64,000 bases of DNA from Chlorokybus atmophyticus (taxonomy: Eukaryota > Plantae > Mesostigma and Chlorokybus algae): NCBI GenBank assembly GCA_009103225.1, contig RHPI01002402.1, positions 1,025,412 to 1,089,411 of the forward strand, read 5' to 3'. The position numbers and the translations under genes are program-made. Under the pieces are notes generated by a model. It did not search any database and was not told where the DNA came from. It saw only the letters and a program-made list of their open reading frames with translations. Positions 32,709-46,750 of the stretch are shown here, piece after piece. How positions within the stretch are numbered: the first letter of the stretch is position 1; each line of letters begins with the position of its first letter.

Positions 32709-33846
32709 TGGCATTGCATGGCAGGCAACCGAGGCTGCCTAGCACACGATAGATCTGTTCTGGAATATTGTGCGGGTGCGTAGTAGTTCCGCTGCTCCAC
32801 GTGCATTGCAAGGATCTTATGTTGATGTGCAATGTTTGGCACTGCGAGTGCATGCTTAGCTTGCACTCACTCGCTTGAAGATAATGGTTGCTTTGAAGGC
32901 ACAAAATATGTGTATGACACATACGTTAGTGTAGTGAAAGAGGGGCCCCCAAGCATAGACACAAGCGCAAGCAAGCAAGCTAAAGCATTGCCACACATGC
33001 ACAACCATTAGCAACCTAGGTATACAACTAGGAGGCTGGTCTTATGTGAAATGCCAGACGAGGGCAGGCAGGGTAGGGGGAGGACGGAGCTGGAGCTATT
33101 TGCAGAGGAGGAGAGGATTGCAAGGGAGAGGTTAGGCCCACGGCAATGACCACAAGCAGGACGCCGACAGTGCTGATGCGGACACAACCAGCCCCAGCGC
33201 CGCACCTCACCACCACAGATCTTTATACCCCTTGTTACAAGACTCACCATAACACATAGCCTTCTGGTCTTTTGTACACATTCATTGCAATTGCTATGAT
33301 GCATTACGTAGCTCGGTGTGCAAGGTACCCTCTCTAGTGCAAACAGTACTCACCGATCCTAATACGGACTGGCGGCGGGTATCACACCCAGTGAACAATA
33401 GATACCTTGTACCATTTTTGGAACTTCAAATCGTTGGGTGCAATGCAAGTAGTGGTGTGTAGAGGGTAGAGGATGCCCACCTGCCCACAAGCGCAAAAGA
33501 ATTAAGGAGTTGTATATAGGCTCAATGAGGTTATATGGGGTATAAGTCATAGTTTAACCGTGCATTTCAGGCCATGCTCAAAAGTAAGACATACACCACA
33601 GGCAAGGCAGGCAAAGCAAGCAAAGACACTTTCATTAAGGCCCATTTCTATTATCATTGACATACAAGCGTCCGCTGTCAGTGCTGGTACCATACCTACC
33701 GGCTCAATAATACACAATCAACACACAACCCAAAACGCACACCCCGTCATGCTAAGCAAGCGCGGCGTCTGTCTTAAAAATCGGAGGGCCTTGCGCCACA
33801 AGACCCCATCCCAGCACCGCAGCTACCGCCAAAGCTCCTCGCTTCG

Positions 33847-34900
33847 CTAAATCGCTATGACCTACGCCCGCTGCAAAGCGCATGCTACACGCTGACAGCA
33901 AATGCGGATGAAGCCCTCTAGACGCCGTGGCTCCACCCCGCACTGTGGCAATGTGGCGCGTATACAAACGCAGCACATGCTGGAAGAATCAGCTCCCAGC
34001 GCCGCGGACGGTCCGCTACGTTTCCATCGCAAGCGGGTAGAAGGCGTTTCCTGGCCGGTGGTCATCATACTTGCAACGCTTCGCCGCTTCCGCCACACAG
34101 ATGGCCGCACCGGCGCGATCCCCACACGCCATGACGTCCAGCAACAATTTCCGTCGCTTCCAGGCTTGGATGCCACGAGATCCAACCGTCTGCCCTGCAC
34201 CTTTGGGCATGAAACCACACTACTCGCGGCTGACCACAAACCTTGCCTCCGTCAGCAGGGGGAACATCTCGTCACGCATCGCGTCGTGTGTGGCGGTACG
34301 TGCTCGGCCAACGCCGCATCGAAGCAAGTGAGTGCCCTTTAGCTCCAGCGTAGTCCCGCACACACAGTGCGTCACGCCCGCCAACAACGGGTGTGGTAGC
34401 CTCAAGCGTACGTGCAACGCCGTCTGCAAATATCGCAGGACAATCTTGTCGCCGGCGTTCATGGCAGTCTTGTCAGCCACGCACCAGCACCCAACCCCGC
34501 GGCAGACGGCCGCCATGACACGTCCTTCACCGGGGCGCCACTGTTGTGGATAGTAATCATGGCAACGTCCACCGTCTCCCTCAAGTCCTGCTGCTGAAAA
34601 TGTGCCATGGTGCGCGCCAATGCCGAGAGCGGCGATTTCAGGCGACGCGACGCCGGCGGCAACGAAGCATCAGCCGCATGCAAGTCCTGCTGAAACAAGA
34701 GTGCGCCGGTGTTGACGCCCTCAATGGCCGCAACCGTCTCACTATCCATTTGCGAAAAGATGACGACGACGCTCCCCAATCGCCCACACACGCTGCGCCG
34801 CGGCGGGCGCATGAGCAGTCATACAGCGCAGACCCACACAGCCGGTCGCAACAGGCAGCGATGCCGGCACCGTGATGCGGGTTCCGGTAGTGGGCCCCCT
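33847..34900 (-). mobile_element. Decayed, 5'-truncated non-LTR retrotransposon with restriction-like endonuclease (CRE-like RLE clade)
   Basis: Fragments in shifting frames, in the expected order: thumb ASLPVATGCVGLR; SAAGLGAGAWL; LHVRLRLPHPLL; zinc knuckle CVCGTTLELKGTHLLRC; RTATHDAMRD; LLLDV; AEAAKRCKY...FYPLAMET; QRVACALQRA. The RT core is absent. Confidence 0.85.
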
Positions 34901-36369
34901 GCTCTCCGTACTTGGCAATACCGGCTGTCGCAACAAGTGTTTATTATGTATAGTGGAAGCTTCCTGCGTTGATGTGGTGAGTTGTTGGAAACGCAATTGC
35001 ATTCCTCATGTTGGCTGGCGGGCGTCGTGGTACGTTTGGCGAGTTTCGGCAGCACTCGCAAGGAGGGCATTCTGCTGCACGCTGAAGGGTGTCACATCCA
35101 TTTACACAATGTCGTACGCGACGTCATAGTCATAATCATGCGCGACGCGTCGAACACGGCCATCAAGAGCAGCAGTCTATACAATTGCCAACCATTCAGA
35201 TACAGAGTAATGGAGTAAACGAGGCAGTTAGGATTGTATCAACCATTGTCAACGAGTGATTACACTGATGCTACAAGCTGTCATTGCAGTAGTGACTCGT
35301 TACTACACCATGGACTCTGCAAGTCACATTTTCACCCCTCCCCGTCAATCAGGATTCCTGACAAAAGATGGACAGCGGATAGCGCTCAAACATAGCTAGG
35401 ACACGAGCAAGCTCTTTGCAAGTGATTGACAGACGTCTCATGTCCCTCAAATCAAACCATGGCTGCTGTGATGAAAGTCGCTGCATGCAAAGCCGACGTG
35501 TAATGCGCATGGAACAGCATCAAAGCAATCTAGGAGCGGTGTACTCAAGCACAAGTGTTCTGCGGATTCCAGCAGCTGAGGTGACAAACTTATGGCAATT
35601 GATGCACACAACTACCTTGAAACCGTCAAAGCTTACACTACAGCACTGCAATCTAACTTGTACCCATCAACACCTCTGGTCTCGCACTGGCTTGCTGGAG
35701 CGTCACAGCCTTTGGGCCACCACCTGCTGCTTTCAAGCTGGCTGCTGCTGCGTCTTCTGTTAAGATGGTTGTTGACTGCTTTGAGCCGGTACACTGCATC
35801 TGCTACCTAACTGAGTTGACTGACCGGAGTTCTGCAAAGGCGAGCTCAAGCACCACCATGTGCTGATAGCTCTTGGCACTGAACATGTTGGCGCAACTCT
35901 TCAACTCTCCCTCGCGCATCTCTGTCCTGACCCTCTGAGCAACGCAACTGTCCTGTGCGTTGGGAACCCAAGGCCACTGCTGAGTGCTGCGCAAACAAGG
36001 CTTGTAGCTGTGGGGAGAATGCTGCGAGCACTACAACACCAATAAACATGATTGCAGCATGTGCAATCATGGTCAAGGATGCTGCCAGCCTTGCAGGCCG
36101 CGTGTACAGCATGCTGCATGTGGACGCAGTACGGCAGGAAGCGTCACCATCATCTTGTGGACTTGATGTGCACTCCAGCAGCTACGCTGTCGGCGTGCAA
36201 CAGGACAGATGCCCTGATGCGCCTCGGGAGGTCAGCGACTCCGCAGATGGACCACCTGCATCTGCGGCACATGCAGTAAGCTGTCCATTGCAGGTTACAT
36301 ACTACCATATAGACAGTGCAGACAAGGCGAACAGCAAAGGCTTACCATGTTTTCACAAGGCTCCACAAG

Positions 36370-39297
36370 GCGGCAACTTACTTCTGAATGACCGCCCAGC
36401 GTTTCTGATTTATATAGGACAGTGTGAGATTGCATTGCCATAGCAAAGCTGGCAACAGGAACTATAGCATCTGTACCTACTCCTACCTCTCCAGCAGCAA
36501 GTGCTGCCGCGACAGTCTGAGGCTTGTGCTGGTGTCCAACCTTCCCTCGCCTACCGCGTGAGCTGGAAGGCCCTCCTGCAACGAACCTTTGGCATCCAAA
36601 CAAGGCGAATTGCATAGCCCTACAAATGCAGGCAGCATGACGACCAAAAGTTGCTGGCAGATCAAAGCACGCCGGGCATCAGGTTGCAAGTATTTACCCG
36701 CATCAGAGTTGTTGGAAGACCGTGGACTCCCGCTCTGGCTACCACCTTCAGACTTTTGAAATGCTTCTGGTATGCCAGCCTCAACTGTTTGGCTCTGCTC
36801 CTTCGCTGATGGCTTGGGTTTTGTAAGGATGGTCTTTACTTGCATCGCACCATTGGATGCTGGAGTTGCTGAAACAGAAGCTGCCGCAGCTGCCACTGCA
36901 GAGAGGAGAGGTGCGATTGGTGCAGAGTCTGGGCGTCGCCTTGGGGTCCACACTTGCCGGTCAGGTCTATCCTTATTACGAAGTGGGCGTCCCCCTTCTG
37001 TCATATAAGTAGTTGACACCATAGTCAATCGGTCAGGTTGGCCATGACTCAAACTTGCTCATGCAGAGCTGCAGGCTTAGGATCATCTTATCGTGATGGG
37101 TTGGGGCACAATATGGGAAACTTTACCATGCACAGACAACAGTGCACCTTGTTCACCAGGTGCAGAAGTGGGGCGTGTGTCCCTTGGACTGGCAGCATGT
37201 GCAACTCGAGTCTGAGATTGCTGCTTGGCCTGAGGAGGGGAAGCGGGAGGGGGAAGCGGAGGAGAAGGTGCAACCTGTGGTGCAGGTTGGCCACGCTGCA
37301 AAAGCATGCGCTGGGGAGGCTCCTGTATACAGCAATATGTGTGTGCAGGTGTGTCAATGCCAATGTCTCGATCACAGTGCAGCAGCATAACCCACCTGCG
37401 ATGCTGAAACTGTGGGGCTTTTAGTGAGGATTGAAACTGCACCAGGCTGCAAGGGTACATGCGCTTGAGGCCTGCCAACAATGGGTATCAAATCAGGTTA
37501 CAAGGCCCGAGGATGGCTGAGCAGTTGCTATAACTGCAAGAGCGCACCCCTTAGCAGAAGTTGGCCTGGGTGGTTTTGACGGCTTGCCACCGGTACTTTT
37601 ATCTGATGTCGCCTCACCCTGCGGACAGCCAGTTGTTACACAGAGCTGTTCACGCAATTGGCGAACTCCCCATGCCCGTCGCCGTTCTGCGAAACATGTG
37701 GCTAGCAACATGTTTCGCACAAATCCCAACGATGCATCAGCTAACTAGCTGCAAAAAATCATTGCCAATGCCTCCAGCTGACCTCATCTGGAGTTCCAAA
37801 GCAAGCCCCATGCCTTACCTCAAATTTTGGTGCTCGCTCGGAGACACTGGCTACCAAGGCCTTGGGCTTGGGCTTCGCGCTCTAGTAACACAACTCAGAT
37901 TGAGCGCACACGCACAAACCGCAGTTACATCACACTTGGCAGTGTAAATACCTCGCCTCTGTCCTTAGGTTTCTCAACTCTCGATTTGACAGTGATAGGA
38001 GTGTCTTTGCCTGCCAACTTCACAACCTTGGCAGCGGATGCGTTACCCCTTTGTTGCTGCACGTGTAGCATACGCGGTTCAATTGAAACATATCGCACAG
38101 ATATGCCCAGAGATTTCCATACACATACATGTATGGAGTGCAATACAACAATGTATCCAATTACCCGTGAGGCATCACGATTGGCTCTCTTATTGCGCAG
38201 GTAAGTGATCAATGGTGTCAGCACCTCTGGTTCTGTGCCACCAGCAGCTGCCACAAACACGAGTGTCAGCACCTCAACATGACATGCTGTTTTGCACACA
38301 ACTTGCATCACGATGCCATATCTGAACAACTTGCAAGATGTATGCAGCCCACACACCTAACAATGCAGCGCGCTCAGCATCCCTCTTTTCCAACTGCACT
38401 TCAGCTGAAGGAAGCATATCCACCTTTGCAGATAGCGAGCTTTCAAAAGCCTGGTACTCGGAATCTGCAACAGCACATTGTTTTGATACTATCATAGTGA
38501 TGGCGAAACACCGTGCATCTAGTCCTCGCAGCAAACCAACACAAACTAGAAAGCAACTTGTATGTAGGCACCTTTCTCATATGTGCCTTCGCGAGGGTCT
38601 CTGCGAGGCCTGGAGCGAGGCACCTTCTGAAAGGGTGCGTACTCAACTTCGGCACGAAACTGCGCACCTACGACACACAACCATTCGCAACAGTTGACAA
38701 GCAAGTGCTGCAAACGGTGTTGAAGCAAGCCTTGCGGATGTAGCAGCCACCTTTTGTGTTGACAAACAGGTGGCCGTGGAACTCAGCATGGAAATTGAGC
38801 ACATCTTCAGGCTTCTTGAAATTGAAGTATGCTCTTGACAACACTTGGCGCTTCTGACTGCGTTAGGGCAAGCAAAGACTCAGTGAGCTACACATGCGCA
38901 GCTGAATTTGCAATACCAACGCAGCTTTGCGCAACAGCACAACTTGCAACATGATCGTGCAAACCCATGCGTCATCAGCAACATCCATTCTTGCATGCTC
39001 GTTTGCACATGCTTGCCGCCCTTGGGCCGTGAGCAAACAGGCCAACCCAAACTCACTGATGCTGGTTATGAAGCGACTGTCTCATTGTCTAATTCTGGTC
39101 TTAAGCTGATCCAGACTTTGTGTTTGAAACTGTCAAACTCACCCTGCTTTGCCTTGGTAAAGGTACACCCACGTGTAGCGCCCGGTGAATTTCTTGTTGA
39201 CGACGTCCAGCAGAGCCTCCTCCGTCAGGGTCGGGGGCAGGTGCCGCACTATGACCTTGGTGTGCGGAGGAGGAGGCGGAGGGGGCGGCTCCGGCAT
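36370..39297 (-). CDS. UPF3: Nonsense-mediated decay factor UPF3
   Basis: HTKVIVRHLPPTLTEEALL...SRAYFNFKKPEDVLNFHAEFHGHLFVNTKG AQFRAEVEYAPFQKVP...DPREGTYEK; EYQAF; TPLITYL; plant-type RNKDRPDRQVWTP. The last exon(s) are unresolved. Confidence 0.9.
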
Positions 39298-39653
39298 GGT
39301 TTGACATATAGACCCAACAAGGAGACAGCGGCGAGGCGAAGCCGACAAACACAAAGGAGCGACAAAGGTCTCACCCTACACCCTAATCTCAGCACAGATC
39401 GCTGCTACTGCTGCTGCTCCAAGAGCCTGCAACGTCGGCCTGCTCGAAGGCAAGCTTCAACTAACCTGATCAAACCAGCAAGCAATCGCTCCGCCAGGCG
39501 CTCAGGCACAGGCGGTCTTTACCGCCTACGACCGCGACTTTCCACACCCCGCCCAGCTGCTCTCCGCCTCCGCCACCGCCTCCGCCAGCCCTGAGGCTGT
39601 GGATGAGCCTCAGCGTGTGGAACGTACCGCTCATGTGAGCCAACCGGCCAGCA

Positions 39654-40621
39654 TTGATGTGTTGCCACGCAGTCTTGCGGCGGCGCTTAGACGGCGGCGG
39701 GCGTGGAGCACGAGGAGGATCAGGACCAGGAGCACAAGCAGAATGTGTTGAGCAAAACACTACACATGTGAGTTGGTTGCAGCATCAGTTGCTGCATGCA
39801 TGCCAGAATTGCTTTACTCTTGTTGGCTTGAGAGCTTGTGTGAGCTTGTATGTGCACGGACTGCATGTATGAAAGATGACTTATACTCTATGCACATGCA
39901 CGCGGAAATACTAGAGCAGCAAAATCTGGATCTGCACCGCTTGACATCAGTCTCAGGAGATGTTGCTGACAAACGGTTAGTCGTGCACCCAAAGGGCATG
40001 ATATTACACACAGAGGCATACGTCTTCTGGACAATTGGTTCAGCACATGCAACGACCTTGTGTAAGAGGGTGCCATCCTGAATGAAGAACCGTGTTGTCG
40101 TGACAGGGGTGCATGTGTCTGTGAGCGCAAGAGCTTCGCATTGACAGTGCCCATGTGAAGGGTGCCACCGCGAAAGGGCGTGAGCTCCCCGATGGTGAAC
40201 TCAGTGCGGCTCCGCCAGATCAGCCTCGGGGCTGCAGCGTACGATACTTGTGTAGTTGGTGTTGGCTGCTGTTCATGCATCATATCATGTGGTTTTTCAC
40301 TCACACCCTATGGGTTATCGGATACTCAACTGTGGAAGCTGGGATGTCTTCAATATCAATTTGCTGTGTGGGGTCAGATTGAGGCCCAGGACTGCCTGAG
40401 TTTCCCATGCGATAAGTGAGACTGAACAACCATTTGCCTTTGCATGCAGGCTGGCGGTGTGTTGGTTTACTGCAAAGGACATCAGCCGCAGCATTCATGC
40501 TAACAACGTGCCCGCTTCGGAGCAGCAGACGGCGGCGCTCATACAGCAAATCAAAAACTCTGAGCAGACGGGCGCCATGCACACCCTGAAGCACATGGGG
40601 AATGATGCCACCAAAGGCTGA
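39654..40621 (+). CDS. Possible small spliced gene divergent from UPF3, product not recognised
   Basis: The last two exons (~40339-40415 and ~40451-40621) splice in phase to LGCLQYQFAVWGQIEAQDCLSFPCDKLAVCWFTAKDISRSIHANNVPASEQQTAALIQQIKNSEQTGAMHTLKHMGNDATKG*. Upstream exons are ambiguous and the opposite strand is also open. Confidence 0.3.
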
Positions 40622-41502
40622 CTGCATGCTGCAGACACAACCTCTGTACCAACTGATTGCAGCTCGGTATCGGCGTGAAACCGAAGAAGCCCGCGTGTTG
40701 CTGCATGATAACTATCCTGTGGCACCAGAAATTCACTTTAAGCAAAGCAATTGGCCACATGTGTAGTCTGCTTTTTGTGCACCGCTTAGTGGTTGTTGTT
40801 GGTGGTGGTGGTGTGCACATTTGTGTGAAAACCGGTCAAGCATCCGGCTATGCAGCAGTGCTCCCACTCACATGTGTTGCTGCAATCCAGTGCTCGCATA
40901 CTTGTACAGAGGATACAACCCACACAACCCATGAGTATTACAATTGTGTGGAATCTAGACCATGCGGACATATGCAGTCTAAGGCCACCACCTGGAACAC
41001 ATCTGACGGTGCTGTCATTGTTGAGCATTCTCATGTGCACTGGATGTGTTCTACATGCCATGTTGCCGGTTGGCTCATAGTCAAGGTTGTGGCTACCAGT
41101 TACTGATGTTGACGGTCTGTCACTATCAGTATGGTTACAGAGATGGTGACTTGCATACAAAGGTCTAAGACACTACTGGCTTGTTTTGTATGGAGCTCCA
41201 CTGCTACAGCATTGAGTACTCGTGCACTGAGACAGTAACCTCGCGAATGAGAGATAGTTGTGTACCAAGAACCCTGGTGGAGGCAAACTCACAAGAGTTG
41301 TACATTGCATGCACAACAAACCACTGCAAAACGAATACATTACCAAAGCACTCACTAGTAAGCACAAATGTACATTCGGTCATATGCCAGCCTTGCTCAC
41401 TAGCACATTGGCAAGGAATGGTACCACGCGCCTAACACTCGTGACGGGCGACAGGTACATGGGATCCCACAGTAAAGATGTACACGCGTCAAGTTTGCAA
41501 CG

Positions 41503-43792
41503 CTAAGTGAAAGGCAGGAAGTTCACATGAAGAATAGTCCCGGCGATGATGAAAGTGAAGGCATACACGGCAATGGCTCGCTGTACAGGGAGCAACCACC
41601 TACTCCGTGTCTTGCAGAAGACTTGCTGCGCCAAAAACCAGTAGATGGGAGCACAAGCTGACAAAAACCTCGTGGACACCTGCACCATGCAAACTGGCTT
41701 AACACACCAAACAATCTGCTTTGAATGCCCCTCAAACAGCACCAAACACAGTACCTGAACATGAAGCACCGTTAGACAGACCGCCAGAAGGAAGGCAAGG
41801 TGATAAACTTGACACTGCACATCATCTGCGTAGTAGCCAGCAACAGCACTCCCAAGGGCCCTGCCAACGGCGTTGATTGCAGCCGTGTCTACATCCTTTC
41901 CGCGAGAGCCACCTGCAGACACACGAGGAAGTTGACTACTTTACAACACAAGAGCGTACAGGAATCAAACTTTATATATAATTGGCCTGGCACACAGGGC
42001 GCTATTGTCAACCCACCTCCTAGTGCATCGCCAGGAAGCTGCTTGTTTGACCAAAGGCCAAGCGAAGCTGCACGCAAGGGATCACGTCGCCAGTAACTAA
42101 TGACTGCGGCTGCGGAAATTACAAGAATAGGAAGCGCCAGCACAAAGTTGGGAACCTGCTTGACTTCATAGTAACGAAACAGGCCTACGTTCCTGCCAGC
42201 AATGCTGACTGTCACAAGTTGTGAATGACATGACAGATGGCCAAAATGCACAAATAAGGCAGCACGTGCATTGCTTACCAGTACTCTTTCTGAACAAACC
42301 CATAAATGTATGGGAGTTTCTGCTGACACCAGGGCCGTTGCAAACCTTCTGAGCTGCAAAAGGCGCTTGACCCAAAGTATTGAAACAATATAACTGGTGC
42401 GGCTGTCAATGAACACAGCGCAAGCGTGTGCACGGCACCCCGCAATGCCTGTACAACAAGTTCTGCTGTCACGTAGGTTGCATCCCAGCCGAGTTGCCTA
42501 ACTGCAACTGCAGTGGCATGCAAATTTTGCACATTCAAGGCAGGGCAGCATGTACCTGCGGAAGAGTAACGACCTGCAAGGCTTGCAAAAAGTCGAACAA
42601 AAAGTAACCGCAATGTAGAACACCATTTGAGCGTGTAGCTGATGTCAGTGCAAAGAACCCAGCTGCAGGCCAGCGCCTGCGCTTTGCAAGACACAGCAAC
42701 CCCAGAAAAGCGCACGCTGCGTAGACACTCTCCGAGTACCTGCACATGCATACGTCGATCACACAGGGTACCTGGAGCAACTTAACACATTTTGCGCAAC
42801 TTGCAGCGCAAGCATGCACTCACAGCTGTCTTGTACATAGCTGCAGCTGCTGACGGCCACTCACTCACAGCGTGCTGTGAAAAACTGAGGCAGGGTTGAA
42901 ACTGTACAAAACTGCAGCTTTCTGCGCCACTCTCACATCCTTCAACAGCTCAACACCGAGTCTGTCAAATGAACTTTGTTTTCGCTGAGCAAATCAGCAG
43001 ACTGCAACGGCCTCGCATGCAACTTGCATCATGCACGCTGCATTGACGGCTGCTTCCATGTGTTCAAATAAGTGCTGGTTGTGACCACATGCAAGCAAGT
43101 GCGCACCTGAACAGGGACACTGCGGCCATAATAAATGCGCCATTGGATAAGAGGAGGCCAGCAATGACGATACGGTCATGTAAGGACAGAACTTGGCGGA
43201 AGGGCCACAGCACTGTACGCCACACATGCACACTCAGCAGCTAGTCTCACGGTAAACTGCGCAAACTGCTCCGCAGCATTACGCGCACTTGCATGCGACT
43301 ACTTGATATAATTGACAGCAGCTTAAGATAATGACGCTGACGCAGCAAGACAGACACATACTCCGCATCGTGGCAAACATCCTGTGTGGTGCTGAATTGC
43401 TTGCCTACTGAAGCAGTGAAACGCATGACCGCCGGCATGAGAGGAAAGAACGCGAACATCTGCTCATACTCGTAGCCACAACGCGCAATGCGGGCAAAGT
43501 GCACGCCGTCCCACTTGACAAGAGAGGGTAGCACGCCGCGTGCATGCCCAACGTCAAGCTCATGCCCATGGTCATACAAGCCCTCGGCCTTATCCCCCAC
43601 AAGACAAGGCGGCACGACGGCAGCGGAGCTGTCGTAATCCTGCACCAGCCAGTCGCCGGCGAACACCAGGAGCAGCACGAGCAGCCTGGACAGCGTTGCT
43701 ACGCGGACGACCTGCCACGTGGCTGCCCGAACAAGCCCCTTCTCCCGGGCGACATCCTCCTCCACCGCCGCCACCTCCGCGGCCGCCGCCAT
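41503..43792 (-). CDS. PIGV: GPI mannosyltransferase 2 (PIG-V/GPI18)
   Basis: DYDSS; KWDGVHFARIARCGYEYEQMFAFFPLMP; YSESVYAACAFLG; ATRSNG; NVGLFRYYEVKQVPNFVLALP; C-terminal ILHVNFLPFT*. Confidence 0.92.
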
Positions 43793-44323
43793 GCTGGCAG
43801 CACGGCACAAGTTGCGTTGCTGCTGGTTATAGTCATCATTTGTTTGGTACAAGTGTACCAAGTACAGGCTCGCACGCTGCATATGCCGGGCGGTTCTCGC
43901 ACCCGGGCATCCGATGCCTTTGCAACTTTTCGAAGTCAGCTGGTTACGAGCTGGATGCTGAGCTAGCCGTGTCGCGTTGTACTTGCCGCCGCCGCCGCCG
44001 CCGCCGCTTGGTGCGGCTACGTGCCAGCACCGACGTCGCTGCAGGAGAGGACAACAAGGAGGACGGGATGCAGAAGGAGTAGCAAGGGCGGTGCTATCCT
44101 CAGAGGCGGTGAGCAGGGTTGGTTGGAAGGCGGCGGTGGGACAAGCAGCAGCAGCTTGCTGCTGGAGATTTTGTGTGTCAAGGGTGCTGGCGAAGGGTGT
44201 TGTTGGACTGCTGTAATAGTGGACACAGTACGCGAAACCCTGACTTCGTGTTGGGGCTGTTGCACTGACACGGACCCTCTGGTTGATTCACCGGGGCGGA
44301 CGCCGCTGGCTGGCGGCTTGCAT

Positions 44324-46750
44324 ATGGAGGCAGGCCGTTCGGGGGCTTCTGCAGCGGACAATTCGGAAACGTCAGCTGCAGAGGCAGCAGCCTCCAGTCG
44401 TGAAGACCGCCTGTCCGCTGATTCTGTCAGCGGAGAGGCCGCTCAGGTGCGATGCTCCGCTATTTTGCGATTGCACTAGCTTGGGACGATCTCAGCCCCT
44501 TTTGCATGCACGTAGTTCTGCCGTAGCTGCAGGCTGTCAGAAGTTTCCTGTGACAGGTCGCATGCGTTATACGTAGCAACACCCGCATGCAACAATATGT
44601 GCATGTCAGCACACCGGTTGTGCCTGCTGTGACACGCTACGCTTGCAGTGTGGGTGTTGCTTTGGAACACATCATATCGGGCTGCTTGCCGGTTGCTTTA
44701 GCACCAATACCGTGCATTGCATCCGTCAGTGCCAACCAAGGTGCCTCCGCATGCAATGCCAGAATACGCTGCAACCATGCAGAGACACTGAGAAAATGCA
44801 CGCTGATGCGAAGCTTGCCAGTAGTACAACTGCAAGCTGCAACTTGTGTTTTCTGTTCAATGACTGATAGTCATTGAACCTCAGGCTTCGACTTCCTCCA
44901 GTGACCAGCAAGGTTCAGAGCAACCTGGCCCTGAAGATGACGGTGGCGCTGATGAGGATGAAGGATTTGAAGGATTAATACTGGAAGAGTTTGTCCATGG
45001 TGCGCAAGATGGGGACGAAGATGGCGATGATGACGAGTATGAAGATGCCGATGAAGACGCAGGTGATGAGGAAGATGAAGATGACTTTCACGATGCAGAA
45101 CATCAGCCCCAGGAGCCCACGTCACCTGAAGAGATCGCGCTACAGCGGGGCAAAATGCAGCACGGGTAAGTTGTGTTAAAAAAAGGCCACAGGTGGTGAC
45201 GACAACATTGAACTTGTTGAATTGGGAGTGGCTAGTACAACTGTGACATCGCATACACCGCAGGTGCACACATTATCGCAGGAGATGCCGCATACGAGCG
45301 CCATGCTGTGATGAAGTATTCTCTTGCAGGCATTGCCACAATGAGTTGAAGGTAACATCTGTGGGTTTCAGCGTTGCGACATGCAGTGCTGCTTTAAGCA
45401 GTTTTTGCACTTGGACAGACACTGGATCTGATTCCCAGTCTGCTTGATGACAGAATGCAGGAGAGAAGGACCCAGCCATGCGGCACGAGATGGATCGAAA
45501 AGCTGTCACATTTGTTGTTTGCTGCTTGTGCGAGACAGAGCAGGAGGTCGCGCAAGTTTGCAGCAACTGCGGCGTTCGTATGGGTGAATACTTTTGCGCG
45601 GAGTGCAAATTCTATGATGATGAGGTACGACATGGTACGCTGTATCTCAGCTGAAGTAGTGCAGCTTGCAAGTCTTGTGTCGTGTTACCAGCAATGTTTA
45701 TCGGTCTGTGTAGTCTTCAACAGTTGTTTGCCAGCAAGTGTTGGTGCGAGCATGGAGCACGCGTGGAGACTGTGTGATGTAATTGTAGTACTAGCAGCTC
45801 ATTGTTTCTCCTTGTCCTTGACCAGGTGCGCAAAAAGCAGTTCCACTGCAACAAGTGTGGGATTTGCAGAGTCGGTGGCCAAGCCAATTTTTTCCACTGT
45901 GACACCTGTGGTGGGTTATAGTTATTTATGGTCTTCATGTCGTTTGTGGTGTTGTCTGCTCACCTTCTGCCTCGCAGGCTGTTGCTACACCATGCAATTA
46001 CAAGCCCGGCATGTCTGCGTAGAAAAATCAATGCACCACAACTGTCCGGTCTGCTTTGAGGTGGGTTTGTGCTCAAAAGAGTGGAATGTCATTGCGCCGA
46101 ATTCTTCAGTGCTTGGTTCTGAACGTGACAACGGTGTACTTGCAGTACCTTTTTGATTCAATTCGACCTACCGCAGTTCTGCCCTGCGGTCACACAATCC
46201 ATCAAGAGTGCCAAGTCCAGTTGCAACAGCACCATCAGTACGTGCCAGCCATACTACGTGTGGCTCTGCGCAAGTTGTGTCAGCACAAGTGTGCGTTGCA
46301 TGTGGCAAGCAGTTGCTTATAGCAGTGTCTATATGCAGGTATACTTGCCCAATCTGCTCCAAGTCCACACAAGATATGTCAGCCACATGGCGGCACATGG
46401 ACCTGCAGGTACCAATAATGGGCATTGAGCAAGCTTGTTGATGCATGCATATGTCATTATCCTGTGCACCACTGACTTTTTGTGCTGTGGTGCTGCTTAA
46501 CAGGTTGCAGCAGTTCAGATGCCTGAAGAGTATCGCGACAAAAAGGTATGTTGTGTGCAACTTCTGGCATGCTGCTGTTTCCACAGAGTGAGCAAGTAGT
46601 AGAGTGAGCAAGTAGATGTAACCTACTGTGACATCTGTGCAGGTCAGTGTGCTATGCAACGATTGTGGCAAGATCGGGGAAACAAATTTTCACGTCATGG
46701 GCTTGAAGTGCCATGGCTGCAACTCGTACAACACACGGCAGATTAAATAA
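44324..46750 (+). CDS. RCHY1: CHY/CTCHY/RING-H2/rubredoxin-fold E3 ubiquitin ligase (RCHY1/PIRH2-like) with acidic N-terminus
   Basis: [27 protein letters not shown]; [21 protein letters not shown]; [13 protein letters not shown]; [22 protein letters not shown]; [11 protein letters not shown]; YTCPICSKS; LCNDCG...[19 protein letters not shown]. Confidence 0.95.

Noticed and set aside
35803-35994. Exon-like minus-strand segment RVRTEMREGELKSCANMF...
   Set aside because: Two frames are open, no motif is recognised, and it cannot be linked in phase to UPF3.
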